This document shows positions 9,570-20,795 of a DNA stretch of 64,000 bases, one piece after another. Within the stretch, counting starts at the first letter, position 1. Every line of letters starts with the position of its first letter. The translations under genes and the position numbers were made by a program. Source of the stretch: an uncultured Planctomycetota bacterium (GTDB taxonomy: Bacteria > Planctomycetota > Planctomycetia > Isosphaerales > Isosphaeraceae); the NCBI GenBank assembly GCA_963845755.1, contig CAWJTV010000009.1, positions 1 through 64,000 on the forward strand. Direction: 5' to 3'. The notes beneath the pieces were generated by a model. It saw only the letters and a list, made by a program, of their open reading frames with translations. It made no database searches and had not been told where the DNA came from.

Positions 9570-10337
9570 TTACAGCTCGGCTCGAATCCGTCGCCGGCGG
9601 ACGCCCAGGATCAACCCTCCGCCTGCGCCCATCGTCATCAGGACCAGCGCCGATGGCTCGGGGACCGACTGTTGAGCGAAGAACCGCATATCGAAGTAAT
9701 TCGTGGCACCGCCGTCGTTGATGGCCCAGGTGTCGTTGGCCGTCCAGTTGCCCGGCGTGCCGTCGCCGTACCAGATCGTGTTGAGTGCGCTGCCGGTCAG
9801 CGGTGGAGTGACGGCGACGAACGGCCCCATGAATTGTCCGGGCGTCGTGGTGCTATAGCTGGAGCTCACCACGGCGGTCAGGCTGTCGGGGACGAGGGTC
9901 GGCGCGAAGAACCAGTCCACGCCGTAGGCGCCATTGCCGGGAAGCGGGACGTTCGATGCCTGAGTGGTGAATTCCGCGATCAAGGTGCCCGGTTCGTGCA
10001 GTCCACTATTGGGGTCGATCGGCCCGTCGTTCTTGTAGAGGTCCAGGGTATAGGTATCCACTTCCTTGGGACCGATTGAGGCGAACACGACCTGCACGTG
10101 GTCCAGGTAACGCTCGCTACCGGCAAACGTGATCTGGTTGCCCAGGTGATCGCCGTTGGGACGGTTCGGGGTCCCGTCGTTCTCGAACGGCACGAAGTCG
10201 TCGGAGTTGAGTCCGGTCACGTTGTAGATGGTGGAATCGGCTCTTGCAAAACCGAGAGACGCCGAAAACGCAACGCCGAGAACCAGAGACCGTGTGACGG
10301 CACCGATCCGGGATCGGCGCGAATCGGAGTACCTCAT
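9570..10337 (-). CDS. PEP-CTERM sorting-domain exported protein
   Basis: Signal peptide; C-terminal VPEPSALVLMTMGAGGGLILGVRRRR; GGAGG RBS. Confidence 0.88.
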   Translation of the reverse strand: MRYSDSRRSRIGAVTRSLVLGVAFSASLGFARADSTIYNVTGLNSDDFVPFENDGTPNRPNGDHLGNQITFAGSERYLDHVQVVFASIGPKEVDTYTLDLYKNDGPIDPNSGLHEPGTLIAEFTTQASNVPLPGNGAYGVDWFFAPTLVPDSLTAVVSSSYSTTTPGQFMGPFVAVTPPLTGSALNTIWYGDGTPGNWTANDTWAINDGGATNYFDMRFFAQQSVPEPSALVLMTMGAGGGLILGVRRRRIRAEL

Positions 10338-10521
10338 GATGGGGAACCTCCCAGGCAAACGGCCCCTGGTGTGAAGGAAGCGCACCGCGGGGCCGATCCC
10401 GGCGCGCTCCTCGGCGCAGCCTCGGCGTCACTCGCGCCGCGCGGATTCGGATCGCGCCGAGGAGGAGTCGCGAGTATTCGAGGCGCAGACTCGTCAGATT
10501 CGAGGGGAAGCGATATCCGGA

Positions 10522-12873
10522 TTATTTGATGGAAAGCGCGTCAGTTCCGGCAGGTGGATTCCGCGGATCGAGGACTCGTGCGGCCTCGTCACGGAATCGG
10601 AGGAGTTCTTCGCCGGATGCCGATCTTGCGGAGATCCAGGCGAGAGACCGGTCGTACCAGGACCGGGAGCCCGCGCGATCGCCGAGCTGATGGAGCGCCA
10701 TGGCCAGGAAGAGCCAATCGTAAGGGTCGCCGCCGGCGCGGAGCCGCATCGACTCCTCGAGCGCTGCGACGGCAGCCTTCGCGTCGCCGGCGCGGTACTG
10801 GGCCACGCCCAGGGTATTCCAGTAGTTCCCGGCCTTCGGGGCCAGCGTGACGGCTTCCCTGGCGATCCCGACGGCCAGTGCGGCGTCGGCGGGCGTTGAC
10901 CTGTCGGAGGTACCGGAGACCAGCATCCAGGCCAGGTTGTTGGGCACGACGGCGTCGCCGGGATCGCTGCGCACCACCTGGAGGAGGTTGTCCCGGAGCC
11001 GGAGGCGGACCTGTTCGGCCTCGCGGGCCTGGCCCAGGGACTCGAGCAAAGTAGCCAGCTCGGCCCGGAAATAGGTCAGGCAGATCAAGTAATCCCGCTC
11101 GTCGGGGAAATCGGCGACGAGACCTTCGCGCAGGGCGACCAGCCGTTCCAGGCAATCCTTTCGCGACGCCGGCGAACCGGTTTTCCGCAACGAGAGCAAC
11201 AGGTCGCCGTAAGTCAGGGCGAGCGCCACACGGAGGTCGCGGGCGTCGGGCGAGCCAGCGAGCAGCCCTCGGTAGAGATCGATGGACCGGCGGTAGGCGT
11301 CCTCGGCATGGGGCTCCTGGAGGATCATGCGGATGAATCCGATGCGATGATCGGCGGCGGCCACGATCACCTGCATCTCGGAATCGTCGCGATAGCGTCC
11401 AGCGATCGCTTCGTAGTAGCCGAGGGCCCTGCGGCAGAAGACCTGGTCGCGCAAGAGCTCGTCCTGGGCCGGCGCGGCGCCGGGCGTCGCGATTCGGGCC
11501 AGGGCCCGGTCGGCGATCTCGTCCCCGGCGAGGAAGCTGAAGCGGTGCGCCTGTCGCTCGCGCGATCGGGCCTCCTGCACCGCGTGCAAGGCCGAGCGTG
11601 TCCGCTGCTGCTCTTCCCAGAGGCGGACCATGCCGCCGGCCGCGACGAGGGTCGCCACGACCAGGATCCCCGCCCCGATCGCCGACGTCCGCCGGTGTCG
11701 TTGCGACCACCGCGCCAACCGCTCGGCAACGCTCGGTCGCCGGGCTCGGATCGGCCGCTGGTCGAGGAACCGCCCGAGATCGTCGGCCAGCTCTCGGGCC
11801 GTGGCATAGCGCCGCTCCGGCTCCTTGGCCATCGCCTTGCCGACGATCGTCTCCAGGTCGAGCGGGATTGTCGGATCGATCCTCCGCGGCGGCACCGGCT
11901 CGACGTGGGCGATCCGCCGGAGGAGGTCCTGACGGTCGACGCCATCGAACGACGGCCGCGCCGTGAGCAGCTCGTAAAGGGTCGCCCCGAGCGCGTAGAC
12001 GTCGGTGCGCGGGTCGAGGACACGGCCGCCGGCAGCCTGTTCGGGGCTCATGTAGCGGAGGGTCCCGAGCAGGTCGCCACTGTCCGTGAGGTCGCCCCGT
12101 CCCTGGAGGCGGGCCAGGCCGAAGTCGGTGACCCAGAGGTGGCCCAGGCCGTCAACCAGCAGGTTGCCGGGCTTGACATCGCGATGCAGCACGCCCAGCC
12201 CGTGCGCGTGCTCCAGCGCCTCGGCCGCCTGCATGGCGAGTCGGGCCGCCTCGCGCGGCGCGAACCGGCCGTACGTGCCGGCCCCGCCGCCGCGGTCCTC
12301 GCCTGGCTCGCGGAGCCGATCGGCCAGCGAGCGGCCCGCGATGAGCTGCATGGCATAGTAGTGTACGCCCCGGTCGCAGCCGACCGCGAAGATCGGCACG
12401 ATCTGGGGGTGGTGCAAGGCCGCCATGACCTGGGCCTCGATCCGGAACCGTGCGAGCTGCTTCGCGTCGAGTCCCGCCGTGACCGGGAGCACCTTCAAGG
12501 CGACGCGCCGGCCAAGCGAGACTTGCTCGGCCTCGTAGACGATCCCCATCCCGCCGCGGCCGATCTCGCGGACGATCCGGAACTCGCCCAGGGCCTCGAA
12601 CGCCTCTCCGGCCGACCCGATCAACCCCGGACTGGCCGGAGGGAGCGCGTGCAGCAATTGGAGCGCGGGGAGGACCTGGGGAAGGACTCCGCCGACCTGG
12701 GGATACCTCCGGACGAAGTCGTCGATGTCGGGAGCCTCACCACGCGACAGTTGCTCGAGGAACTCGTCGGCCGCCTGCGCCACCAGGGATGCGATCGATG
12801 CCGAGGGTGAGAGCGACATCGATCGGGAGAATAACGGCGGCAGCGGGGTGGCTGCGGTCAGGTGTCGATCCAC
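10522..12873 (-). CDS. Hanks-type Ser/Thr protein kinase with transmembrane helix and TPR region
   Basis: IGRGGMGIVY, VALKVL, HRDVKPGN, DFGLA, GTLRYMSPEQ, DVYALG; TM helix; TPR motifs NNLAWML and WNTLGVAQYRAG. Start is uncertain (GTG 12873 or ATG 12819). Confidence 0.92.
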   Translation of the reverse strand: MDRHLTAATPLPPLFSRSMSLSPSASIASLVAQAADEFLEQLSRGEAPDIDDFVRRYPQVGGVLPQVLPALQLLHALPPASPGLIGSAGEAFEALGEFRIVREIGRGGMGIVYEAEQVSLGRRVALKVLPVTAGLDAKQLARFRIEAQVMAALHHPQIVPIFAVGCDRGVHYYAMQLIAGRSLADRLREPGEDRGGGAGTYGRFAPREAARLAMQAAEALEHAHGLGVLHRDVKPGNLLVDGLGHLWVTDFGLARLQGRGDLTDSGDLLGTLRYMSPEQAAGGRVLDPRTDVYALGATLYELLTARPSFDGVDRQDLLRRIAHVEPVPPRRIDPTIPLDLETIVGKAMAKEPERRYATARELADDLGRFLDQRPIRARRPSVAERLARWSQRHRRTSAIGAGILVVATLVAAGGMVRLWEEQQRTRSALHAVQEARSRERQAHRFSFLAGDEIADRALARIATPGAAPAQDELLRDQVFCRRALGYYEAIAGRYRDDSEMQVIVAAADHRIGFIRMILQEPHAEDAYRRSIDLYRGLLAGSPDARDLRVALALTYGDLLLSLRKTGSPASRKDCLERLVALREGLVADFPDERDYLICLTYFRAELATLLESLGQAREAEQVRLRLRDNLLQVVRSDPGDAVVPNNLAWMLVSGTSDRSTPADAALAVGIAREAVTLAPKAGNYWNTLGVAQYRAGDAKAAVAALEESMRLRAGGDPYDWLFLAMALHQLGDRAGSRSWYDRSLAWISARSASGEELLRFRDEAARVLDPRNPPAGTDALSIK

Positions 12874-13520
12874 AGGTGAGACTCCGTCAAACCTTCGTCC
12901 AGGAGCAAGGCACGGAGATGCAGCAAGGCGCGCCCGTACCGCTTTCGCGCCGCGGCCGGCTCGATCCCGAGCCGGGCTCCGACCTCTTCGTATGACATCC
13001 CCTCGAACGTCCGCATTCCGAGGATGAGGCGGTCGGGCTCGGACAGCCGCTGGAGCACGGCATGCAGACGGTTCGCCGCGTCGCGCACCGCGGCCTGCTG
13101 GCTCGGCGTCGGCCCGGCCGCCGCGATCCGTCCGGCCGCGCCGGAAGTGCCGGACGAATAATCGCGATGGTTTGCCATCGACTGCTCGCGGCCGGGATCG
13201 CGACGGGCCGCCGACACGTGCCGGCGCAACTTCCCCACCCGCTGGATGGCCGTCCGGAATAGCCAGACTCGGAACGGCATCGGGCGGCGTCCCGCGAATT
13301 CGTCTAGCCGCTCCAGAACCTCCATCTGGGCGTCCTGGACCACGTCGGAGGGATCGATCCGGGCGCACAGCGACGGCCCGAGCCGCCGGGCAACTGCCCG
13401 ATGCAAGGCCGCACGGTGCCGACCAAAGAGCTCGTCGAAGGCGCGCGGATCACCCGCCCGAGCTCGCGAGACCAAGATGTGCGCCTCGTCGGTCGAGGCC
13501 GCGTTACGGTCTTCCGTCAT
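12858..13520 (-). CDS. ECF sigma-70 factor, planctomycete type, coupled to the kinase
   Basis: RARAGDPRAFDELF, RIDPSDVVQDA, FRVWL, TPSQQA, region 4 EGMSYEEVGARLGI..AARKRYGRAL; AGGAGG RBS. Confidence 0.9.
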   Translation of the reverse strand: MTEDRNAASTDEAHILVSRARAGDPRAFDELFGRHRAALHRAVARRLGPSLCARIDPSDVVQDAQMEVLERLDEFAGRRPMPFRVWLFRTAIQRVGKLRRHVSAARRDPGREQSMANHRDYSSGTSGAAGRIAAAGPTPSQQAAVRDAANRLHAVLQRLSEPDRLILGMRTFEGMSYEEVGARLGIEPAAARKRYGRALLHLRALLLDEGLTESHLWIDT

Positions 13521-13727
13521 CACGATCCTCCTGGAAGTATACCTCCCAAGACGATACGCGATGTGACATCCGAGCGTAAAGAATTCCAGAAGCAACCCGT
13601 GGGAGTGCGTCACGCGAACTGCGGGTCGGGAGAACCCGGTTGAATTCGTTCACGCGATGCTTCATGCTGATTCTCGTCGTCCCCTCGGATCACTTCCGCG
13701 CCCGGGGTCAATCGAAAGGAGCCATCC

Positions 13728-15290
13728 ATGAAGCGGAACCCCGCGTTCTCGGCTTGCCTGATTCTCGTGATCGCTGGTGGCCTCGCCGGGTTTCCCGATG
13801 TCGCCAGGGCCCAGAACCCCGCGCCGGGTCGAAAGTCACCGAACATCGTCTTCATCTTCAGCGACGATCATGCTTATCAGTCGATCAGCGCCTACAACGA
13901 CCCGCGACACTTGCTCGAGACACCGAACATCGATCGCCTGGCGAAGGAAGGGATGCGATTCGACCGCTGTATCGTGCCGAACTCGATTTGCGGGCCCAGC
14001 CGCGCCTCGATCCTGACCGGGAAATACTCCCACCTCAACGGCTTCTACAATAATACCAACAGCCGGTTCGACGGATCGCAGACCACATTTCCCAAGCGCC
14101 TGCAAGGCGCCGGATATCAGACGGCGATCATCGGCAAGTGGCACCTGGTCACCGACCCCACCGGATTCGACGAGTGGCACATCCTGCCGGGCCAGGGCGT
14201 CTACTACAACCCGCCGATGATCCATAACGGTCAGAAGGTCGAGCACCAGGGCTATACCACCGACATCATCACCGACCTGAGCCTCGACTGGCTGCGGCAT
14301 CGCGACAAGTCGAAGCCATTCCTGTTGATGTGCCAGCACAAGGCACCCCACCGCGAGTGGCTGCCGGCCCTCCGCCACCTGGGCCACAACGCGGATCGCA
14401 AGTTCCCCGAGCCGCCCACGCTCTTCGACGACTATACCGGGCGCGGCCTGGCCGAGCGCGACCAGGACATGACGATCGCGAAGACCATGAACGACGTCGA
14501 TGTCAAACTCACGCCTCCCAAGGTTTTCACGCCCGAGCAGCGGAAAGCCTGGGACGCCTATTACGAGCCGCGCAACGCCGAGTTCCGCAAGGCCCACCTC
14601 GAGGGCAAAGACCTGGTGAGATGGAAATATCAGCGCTACATGCACGACTACCTGGGCTGCGTCAAGGCGGTGGACGAATCCGTCGGCCGGCTGCTGAAAT
14701 TCCTCGACGACGAGAAGCTCGCTGAGGAGACGATCGTGGTCTACACGGCCGATCAGGGCTTCTACCTCGGCGAGCACGGCTGGTTCGACAAGCGCTGGAT
14801 CTTCGAGGAATCGCTACGGGCACCGCTGTTGGTCCGCTGGCCGGGCGTGACGAAAGCCGGGAGCACGAGCAAGCGCCTCGTCTCGAACATCGACTTCGCC
14901 GAGACCTTCCTGGAGGCGGCCGGCCTGCCGGTCCCGGGCGACATGCAAGGCCGGAGCCTCGTCCCGCTGCTCAAGGGACAGACGCCCGACGATTGGAGAA
15001 TCGCATTCTATTATCAGTACTACGAATATCCCGTGCCGCACCACGTCCGGCCGCATTATGGGGTGGTCACCGATCGCTACAAGCTCGTCCGCTTCGACCG
15101 GCCCGACATGGACGCCTGGGAACTCTTCGACCTCGAAAACGACCCGCACGAGCTGCGCAACGTGTACGGTGAGCCGGCATATCAAGCCGTCGTGGACGAC
15201 ATGAAGGTCAGGGTCGACCACCTGCGCACGGAGCTGAAAGTCCCGGCCGAGCCGCTCCGAGAGGCTTTTGGTAAACAGCCGTTGAAGTAA
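13728..15290 (+). CDS. Formylglycine-dependent sulfatase (S1), exported
   Basis: Signal peptide; [22 protein letters not shown] (CxPxR), [19 protein letters not shown]. Confidence 0.95.
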   Translation: MKRNPAFSACLILVIAGGLAGFPDVARAQNPAPGRKSPNIVFIFSDDHAYQSISAYNDPRHLLETPNIDRLAKEGMRFDRCIVPNSICGPSRASILTGKYSHLNGFYNNTNSRFDGSQTTFPKRLQGAGYQTAIIGKWHLVTDPTGFDEWHILPGQGVYYNPPMIHNGQKVEHQGYTTDIITDLSLDWLRHRDKSKPFLLMCQHKAPHREWLPALRHLGHNADRKFPEPPTLFDDYTGRGLAERDQDMTIAKTMNDVDVKLTPPKVFTPEQRKAWDAYYEPRNAEFRKAHLEGKDLVRWKYQRYMHDYLGCVKAVDESVGRLLKFLDDEKLAEETIVVYTADQGFYLGEHGWFDKRWIFEESLRAPLLVRWPGVTKAGSTSKRLVSNIDFAETFLEAAGLPVPGDMQGRSLVPLLKGQTPDDWRIAFYYQYYEYPVPHHVRPHYGVVTDRYKLVRFDRPDMDAWELFDLENDPHELRNVYGEPAYQAVVDDMKVRVDHLRTELKVPAEPLREAFGKQPLK

Positions 15291-15307
15291 CCATCGCGGC
15301 GGAAAGC

Positions 15308-15490
15308 GAGATCGCCCCACAGTTGGGTGGCACACACTCGAAGCCTGCTCCCGAAGAACCCCCCCTTCGCTAAGGGGGGGACGGGAAACGGGCTTTTCCC
15401 GATCAATATCCCCCCCCTGCGAAGGGGGGGTTCGGGGGGGTGAATTCGCCGCGCCTCAGGGCGTGCGCAATGCGAAAGTTAATCGCTCTA
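15308..15490. mobile_element. Miniature unit (TAGAGCG-end family) with poly-C/poly-G REP doublet interior
   Basis: Right end GCGTGCGCAATGCGAAAGTTAATCGCTCTA; degenerate left end GAGATCGCCCCACAGTTGGGTGGCACACAC; interior has two CCCCCC(T)TG/CG..AAGGGGGGG palindromes. Confidence 0.65.
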
Positions 15491-17369
15491 CACGGCCGCG
15501 CCCGGCCCGTCAACCCCGGCCGGGACCGGCTCGGCAGGCGGGCGTGGTGAGCTTCGCCATCGAGAGCCGCGATTCCGGGGCTCGCGGAACGGAGGGACCC
15601 ACTCGACGAGACGGCAGAATGTGGGAAACGCCGCTTCATCCGGGGGGACAGCGGGATCTCCGGTCCTGCGGACAGCCGGCCCAGGCAGCGATTGAACGTC
15701 AACAGCGTTGCCGCGAACAGAACGGCGGCGAACCCGAGGTGGATCAGCCCCCAGACGATCGTCGCGAGCCGGGTATTCTCCACCACGGCGGACGGTCCGA
15801 TTCGCAGCTTCATGACGTCAACCGTCGCGAGCAAGGTCCCGTAAAACGGACTGCCGGCGATGAGGGGAATGGTCACCGGCCCCGGCGGCCCGAGCTGGGC
15901 GATGAGGACCGTCCAGCCGATCGTGAAGCCCAGGTAAATCGTGACGCAGAGCGCGACCGCCCGGCCCAGCCGGCTCACCCAGGTCGCCAGTGCCAGGCCC
16001 AGGCAGGCGATCGCCGCCACGTTCGCCACGATCGAGCCCAGTAACAGGGCATAACTCCCCCAGAACCCGCTGTCAAGGGCCAGTATGCTCGTCATCAGAG
16101 CGGGCCAGAACACCAAGGCCGGGAACCAACGGAAGCTTCCCCACCACTTTCCGACCAGGATCGAGCGCGTCGGGAGCGGAGTGGTGAGGAGCACGTCGAG
16201 GCTGCCGCGCACGCGCTCCTCGGCCAGGCTGGTTGCGGCACAGACGCTCAGCAGCAACAGCCCGATCGTGACGTGAAATGCGTTCATGATCTCGATCAAC
16301 TCTGGGTTGCCGGTCGGGTTGAGCGCATGTCGAAGCGCCAGCACGGACCAGAAGACACCGAGGGCCGCGTACAACAGCCAGGCGATGCGCAACATCCGCG
16401 ACGGCCGCATGCGGTGCCACTCTCGCCACAGGACTGGGTTGCCATCGAGCGATGGGCCGGGTAGGTGCGGCAGCCAGGCCGGATGGGGAATGCGCGGGAT
16501 ACTCAGACGGCGGCGTCTGGGCCGGGTCTCCGGCCGACCCGCCTGATCCAGAGCCACCCGGCGGATCCGCAGCGTCAACAGCCCCACGAGCCAGGCCGAG
16601 ATCGCCAGGCAGCCACCCAGGAAACCCAGATACGTCATCAAGTCGATCCGACCCGGGTTGGCATAGGGCGCGAAGTTGAGCTCAAACGGGTTCGTGTTCT
16701 GGATCCATTCCCAGAGCGACCCGTTGCTCGACCAGGGCAGAGGCCGTTGCAGCGACCACGCGACCAGCATCACGAGCAGCGGGAAGAGGATCCACAGCAG
16801 GATGATGAGATAGGTGAGCATCAAGACTTCATGGGTCTTGCGGCCCCAGACCGACAACGTCAAGGCCAGCGAGCAGCCCAGCACGGCGCAGCCGGTCGTC
16901 ACGAGGAACGAGCCGGCCAGCGCCATCGGGTCGATGCCGCCCAGCAGGCCCGAGATCGCCACGATCGGCAACACGCAGGCGACCAGGCCCAGTACCGGCA
17001 CCAGCCGCACGCCCAGCTTGCCCAGCACGATCTCGGCGTTGGAGAGGTCGGTCGCCAGCAGGTGATCGAGCGTGCACCGCGCCTTGTCCAGGCAGATGGC
17101 TCCGGCGGTGGCCGCGGGCGCGACCAGGAGCACCAGCGCCACCTCGATCGAGGAAATCGTCTTGTAAAGCGATTCGCCGAACCTCGCCAGCGCCTGGATC
17201 GTCGCCGTCTGGGTGGAACCGCCGAACCTCCGCTCGTTGTAATGGACGATCACCATCCCGACGAGGATCACGGCGACGAACCCGGCGCACGCGCATAGAG
17301 CTGCCAGCGCCGCGTGGTGATCAGCCACTCGTAGACGAAGACCGGTCCCGGTCCCACGCGTAATTGCAT
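15403..17369 (-). CDS. ABC-2-type permease with two permease repeats, paralogue 2 (frameshift ~17290; 3' end uncertain)
   Basis: MQLRVGPGPVFVYEWL..RRWQLY, then APAATAGAICLDKAR.TLDHLLATDLSNAEIVLGKL, NPVLWREW, LAEERVRGSLDVLLTTPL..RSILVGKW. Confidence 0.85.
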
Positions 17370-19219
17370 GCCAAGCTCCCCGCGGACGAGAATCGGGCAC
17401 TTCCCTCGTTGTTCGTTCCGTCGGGATCTTTCTTTCGCCGATGCGGTCCCTCAATAATCCGGCTCGAGCTCGTCGAATGGCGCCTTCCTCGCGCGCGGAT
17501 CGGGCGCATCGGCGTTTCCGAGATCCGGCCCAGGCAGTCGTCGAAGCTCCCGACCGTCACCGCGAACAGGGCCGCCGCGACGGCGCCGTGGATCACAATC
17601 CAGAGGAAGTTACCGCTCGAAACCGCCTCCGTGACGCCTAGCCCGACGTGTTGCTCCCGGGCGACGTTGACCGTGGCGAAGAACGGCCCGCAGAACGGAC
17701 TTCCCATCGAGAGTACCAGACTTGACGAGTCCCCTCTGCCAATAAAAGCGATCAGGATCAGCCAGCCGACCGAGAACCCGACATACGCGGTGACGCACAG
17801 GGCCACCGCTCGACCCAGCCGGCTTACCCAGGTCGCCAGCGCCAATCCCAGGCTGATGATCGCCGCGCCGTAGGCCGCGATCAGCGCCAGGAGCCCGAGA
17901 TACGCGAAGAAGTGACCGCTGCCCACGGCGAGCAAGCCGGCCGTGACGGCCGGCCAGATCAAGACATGACGGACCTGAAGGAAGGCGCCCAACCACTTGC
18001 CGGCCAGGATCGATCGAGTCGATAGCGGGGTGGACATCAGCACGTCCAGGCTGCCGCGCATGCGCTCCTCGGCCAGGCTGGTCGCGGCGCTGACGCTCAC
18101 GAGCAGCAGGCCCAGCCCGACCTGGAACAGGTTCATCGCCCCGATCGCTTCCGGCGCCATGCGTACCGGGAGCATGAGTCTCATCGTCAGCGCGATCCAT
18201 AGCACGCCGAGCGCCGAGTACAAGAACCACGCTACGCGCAGGAACCGCGACGGCCGCGACCGATGCCACTCCCGCCACAAGACCGGATTGCCGTCCAGCG
18301 ATGGGCCGGGTAGCACCGAGAACCGCAGCAGGCGGGGGAGACCGGGAACAGACCAGCCGCGCCGGGTCCTGGCCGCCGGCCGGCCGGCTTGCCGCAGCAC
18401 CACAGACCGAATCCGCAGCGTCGCCAGGCCCACGAGCAACCCGGAGATGCCCAGGCAGCCGCCCAGAAACCCCAGATAGTTCGTCCAGTCCACCTTGTTC
18501 GGGTCCGCATACGGTGCGTACGCGAGGTAGTAAGGGCTCGAGAACAAGGCGGATTCCCAGAGGGCCGGCATCGCCATCAGGGGAGGCGCGGATTGGAAGA
18601 TGAACGCGGCGATGGCCACCCACACCGGATTGAACAGCCAGAGGACCAGGATCAAATACGTGAGCATCAAAACTTCATGGGTCTTGCGGCCCCAGACCGA
18701 CAGGGTCATCGCCAGCGTGCAACCCAGCACCGCGCAGCCGATCACCACCAGGAACGAGCCGCCCATTGCCAGCGGGTCGATGCCCCCGAGCAGACTCGAG
18801 AGCGCCGTGATCGGTAGGACGCAGGCGATCAAGCCCAGCACCGGCGCCAGCCGCACGCTCAGTTTGCCCAGCACGATCTCGGCGTTCGAGAGGTCGGTGG
18901 CCAGCATGTGGTCGAGCGTGCCCCGCGCCTTGTCCAGGCAGACGGACCCGGCGGTGGCCGCCGGGGCCGCCAGCAGGACCAGCGTCAACTCGATGCTGAC
19001 GACGGTGATGTACAGGACCTCGCCGTACTCCGCCATCTGCTGGATCGAAACCCGCTGCTCCGGCAGGTTGGCGCGAACGGTGTTCTGCCAGACGATGATC
19101 ATTCCGATGAGCATCGCCCCGACGAACGCGGCACGCAGCGCGTAGAGCTGCCACCGTCGCGCGGCCGTGAGCCACTCGTAGACGAAGACCGGCCCCGGTC
19201 CGAATCGCAGCCGCACCAC
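17321..19219 (-). CDS. ABC-2-type permease with two permease repeats, paralogue 1
   Basis: GPGPVFVYEWLTAARRWQLY, DKARGTLDHMLATDLSNAEIVLGKL, EERMRGSLDVLMSTPL; many hydrophobic helices. Confidence 0.88.
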   Translation of the reverse strand: MVRLRFGPGPVFVYEWLTAARRWQLYALRAAFVGAMLIGMIIVWQNTVRANLPEQRVSIQQMAEYGEVLYITVVSIELTLVLLAAPAATAGSVCLDKARGTLDHMLATDLSNAEIVLGKLSVRLAPVLGLIACVLPITALSSLLGGIDPLAMGGSFLVVIGCAVLGCTLAMTLSVWGRKTHEVLMLTYLILVLWLFNPVWVAIAAFIFQSAPPLMAMPALWESALFSSPYYLAYAPYADPNKVDWTNYLGFLGGCLGISGLLVGLATLRIRSVVLRQAGRPAARTRRGWSVPGLPRLLRFSVLPGPSLDGNPVLWREWHRSRPSRFLRVAWFLYSALGVLWIALTMRLMLPVRMAPEAIGAMNLFQVGLGLLLVSVSAATSLAEERMRGSLDVLMSTPLSTRSILAGKWLGAFLQVRHVLIWPAVTAGLLAVGSGHFFAYLGLLALIAAYGAAIISLGLALATWVSRLGRAVALCVTAYVGFSVGWLILIAFIGRGDSSSLVLSMGSPFCGPFFATVNVAREQHVGLGVTEAVSSGNFLWIVIHGAVAAALFAVTVGSFDDCLGRISETPMRPIRARGRRHSTSSSRIIEGPHRRKKDPDGTNNEGSARFSSAGSLACNYAWDRDRSSSTSG

Positions 19220-19423
19220 GAAGCCTCCCGGGACGCGAGTCGCATGGCTCTCCGGCGCTCCATATCGATCTCCGGATTGTTTCAGACATTCCGACGGCTG
19301 TCAAACACCGGGTTCATCGATTTGAGTCCTGGGAGACCTTGCGTCGTGCGCCGGGGTGCTGCGGGCCCGGCGGCGTCGAATGGCCGGCATGGGCATCCCT
19401 CAGCGCCGAAGTCGGCGCGATAG
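19189..19423. repeat. ~230-bp direct repeat, copy A (copy B at 20563-20795)
   Basis: Shares CCGGTCCGAATCGCAGCCGCACCACGAAGCCTCCCGGGACGCGAGTCGC and GGATTGTTTCAGACATTCCGACGG with copy B. Confidence 0.85.
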
Positions 19424-20389
19424 GAGGGCCATGCCCAGAAGACCGGTTGCCATCAAGCTGACCGCCGCGGGTTCGGGGACGGAAAACGCTTCGAATCCGT
19501 GGAAGGCTCCGTTGGCGTCCATATACCACCCGACCAGGTCCCCTTGGTCGTTGATCGCCGTGATGTCCGTGCCGGTGGCGCCCGCAAACGGAACGTCGAT
19601 CGTGGTAAACTGGCCGTTGTACCAGAGATATCCATTGTTCGACCCTGAGGCATCGACGTAATAGCCGGTCACGTACCCCAGGTTGTTAATCCCTTGGGCG
19701 GAGGTGTATCCGTTGGCCCCCGGCGCATCCAGTGTCGTGAAGTTCGCGCCGTCCTTGAGATAGCCGTGGACGACGCCGCTGCTATCCTGGAAATAACCTA
19801 CGATCTGCCCGGCATCGTTGATGCTGTAGGTGGCCGTACCCAACTGCGTGGGATCCGCTCCGGGGGCGCTGAAGTACGAGTAACTGCTCCCGTTCCAGGT
19901 CCATCCGATACCGCCCTGAAAGCTGGAATTGAGGAATGGGTCGCCCAGAACAACGCCGTGGTTGTTGATGCCGCCGGCCAGGTTTTCCTGGTATCCGGCC
20001 ACGTCGGGAAGATTGGTCCAGGAGGAACTCACGCTGTTGTACACAGCCGCGTGGTAAATGCCGTCCGAACCGAAGTAAGAGGTGGCGATTTGACCGGCCG
20101 TGTTGACTTGATAGAACTCGGTGTCGACGGCACCGGGCGCGGTCACCAGCGTCGGAGAGCCGCCGTTGAAGATGACACCCGTGCCGTAATAATTGTTGCT
20201 CGGGTTGAGAGCGATGCCGGTCGCGACCCCGTTGTTGTTGATGCCGTAGAGCAACGTCTGGTACGGTCCTCCGGCGTCGAGGGTCACGAACTTGTAGGAT
20301 CCCCCCTGGGCCGCTGGTGAAACGGCAAGGCACAGCGCCAGAAACACACCAGAATAGTAGCCCATGTGGACGCGGAACGAGCGGTTCAT
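19400..20389 (-). CDS. PEP-CTERM protein with HAF-like extracellular (INNxG) repeats
   Basis: Signal peptide; repeats GINNNG/SINDAG/GINNLG/AINDQG; C-terminal VPEPAAVSLMATGLLGMALLSRRLRR. Confidence 0.9.
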   Translation of the reverse strand: MNRSFRVHMGYYSGVFLALCLAVSPAAQGGSYKFVTLDAGGPYQTLLYGINNNGVATGIALNPSNNYYGTGVIFNGGSPTLVTAPGAVDTEFYQVNTAGQIATSYFGSDGIYHAAVYNSVSSSWTNLPDVAGYQENLAGGINNHGVVLGDPFLNSSFQGGIGWTWNGSSYSYFSAPGADPTQLGTATYSINDAGQIVGYFQDSSGVVHGYLKDGANFTTLDAPGANGYTSAQGINNLGYVTGYYVDASGSNNGYLWYNGQFTTIDVPFAGATGTDITAINDQGDLVGWYMDANGAFHGFEAFSVPEPAAVSLMATGLLGMALLSRRLRR

Positions 20390-20562
20390 GAACAGGCCTC
20401 CCGATTTTCTGGATGTTGATTGAGACTGCGTCTTCGGCTCGAGGGACTGCAATGTCCCCGAAAGAATCCGGAAGCGAATCGGTGACGGCGATTCGGGAGA
20501 TGTTCCCTCTTCCGAGAGGGAGTAGCGATGCGGTCAACGTTGATGGAGGAGGCGAAGTTGAG

Positions 20563-20795
20563 CCGGTCCCGGTCCGAATCGCAGCCGCACCACGAAGCCT
20601 CCCGGGACGCGAGTCGCGTGGCCCTTCATCCCGCCACATCGATCTCGGGATTGTTTCAGACATTCCGACGGTTGTCAATCACCGGGGCATATCGATTTGA
20701 GCCCTGGGAAACTCTCGATCGCGCTCCGGGATGCCTCAGACCAAGCGGCGCCGCTGGCGGGCATCGGCATTCCTCGGCGCCGAAATCGGCGCGAT
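20563..20795. repeat. ~230-bp direct repeat, copy B
   Basis: Imperfect copy of 19189-19423, including the first ~10 codons of the permease. Confidence 0.85.
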
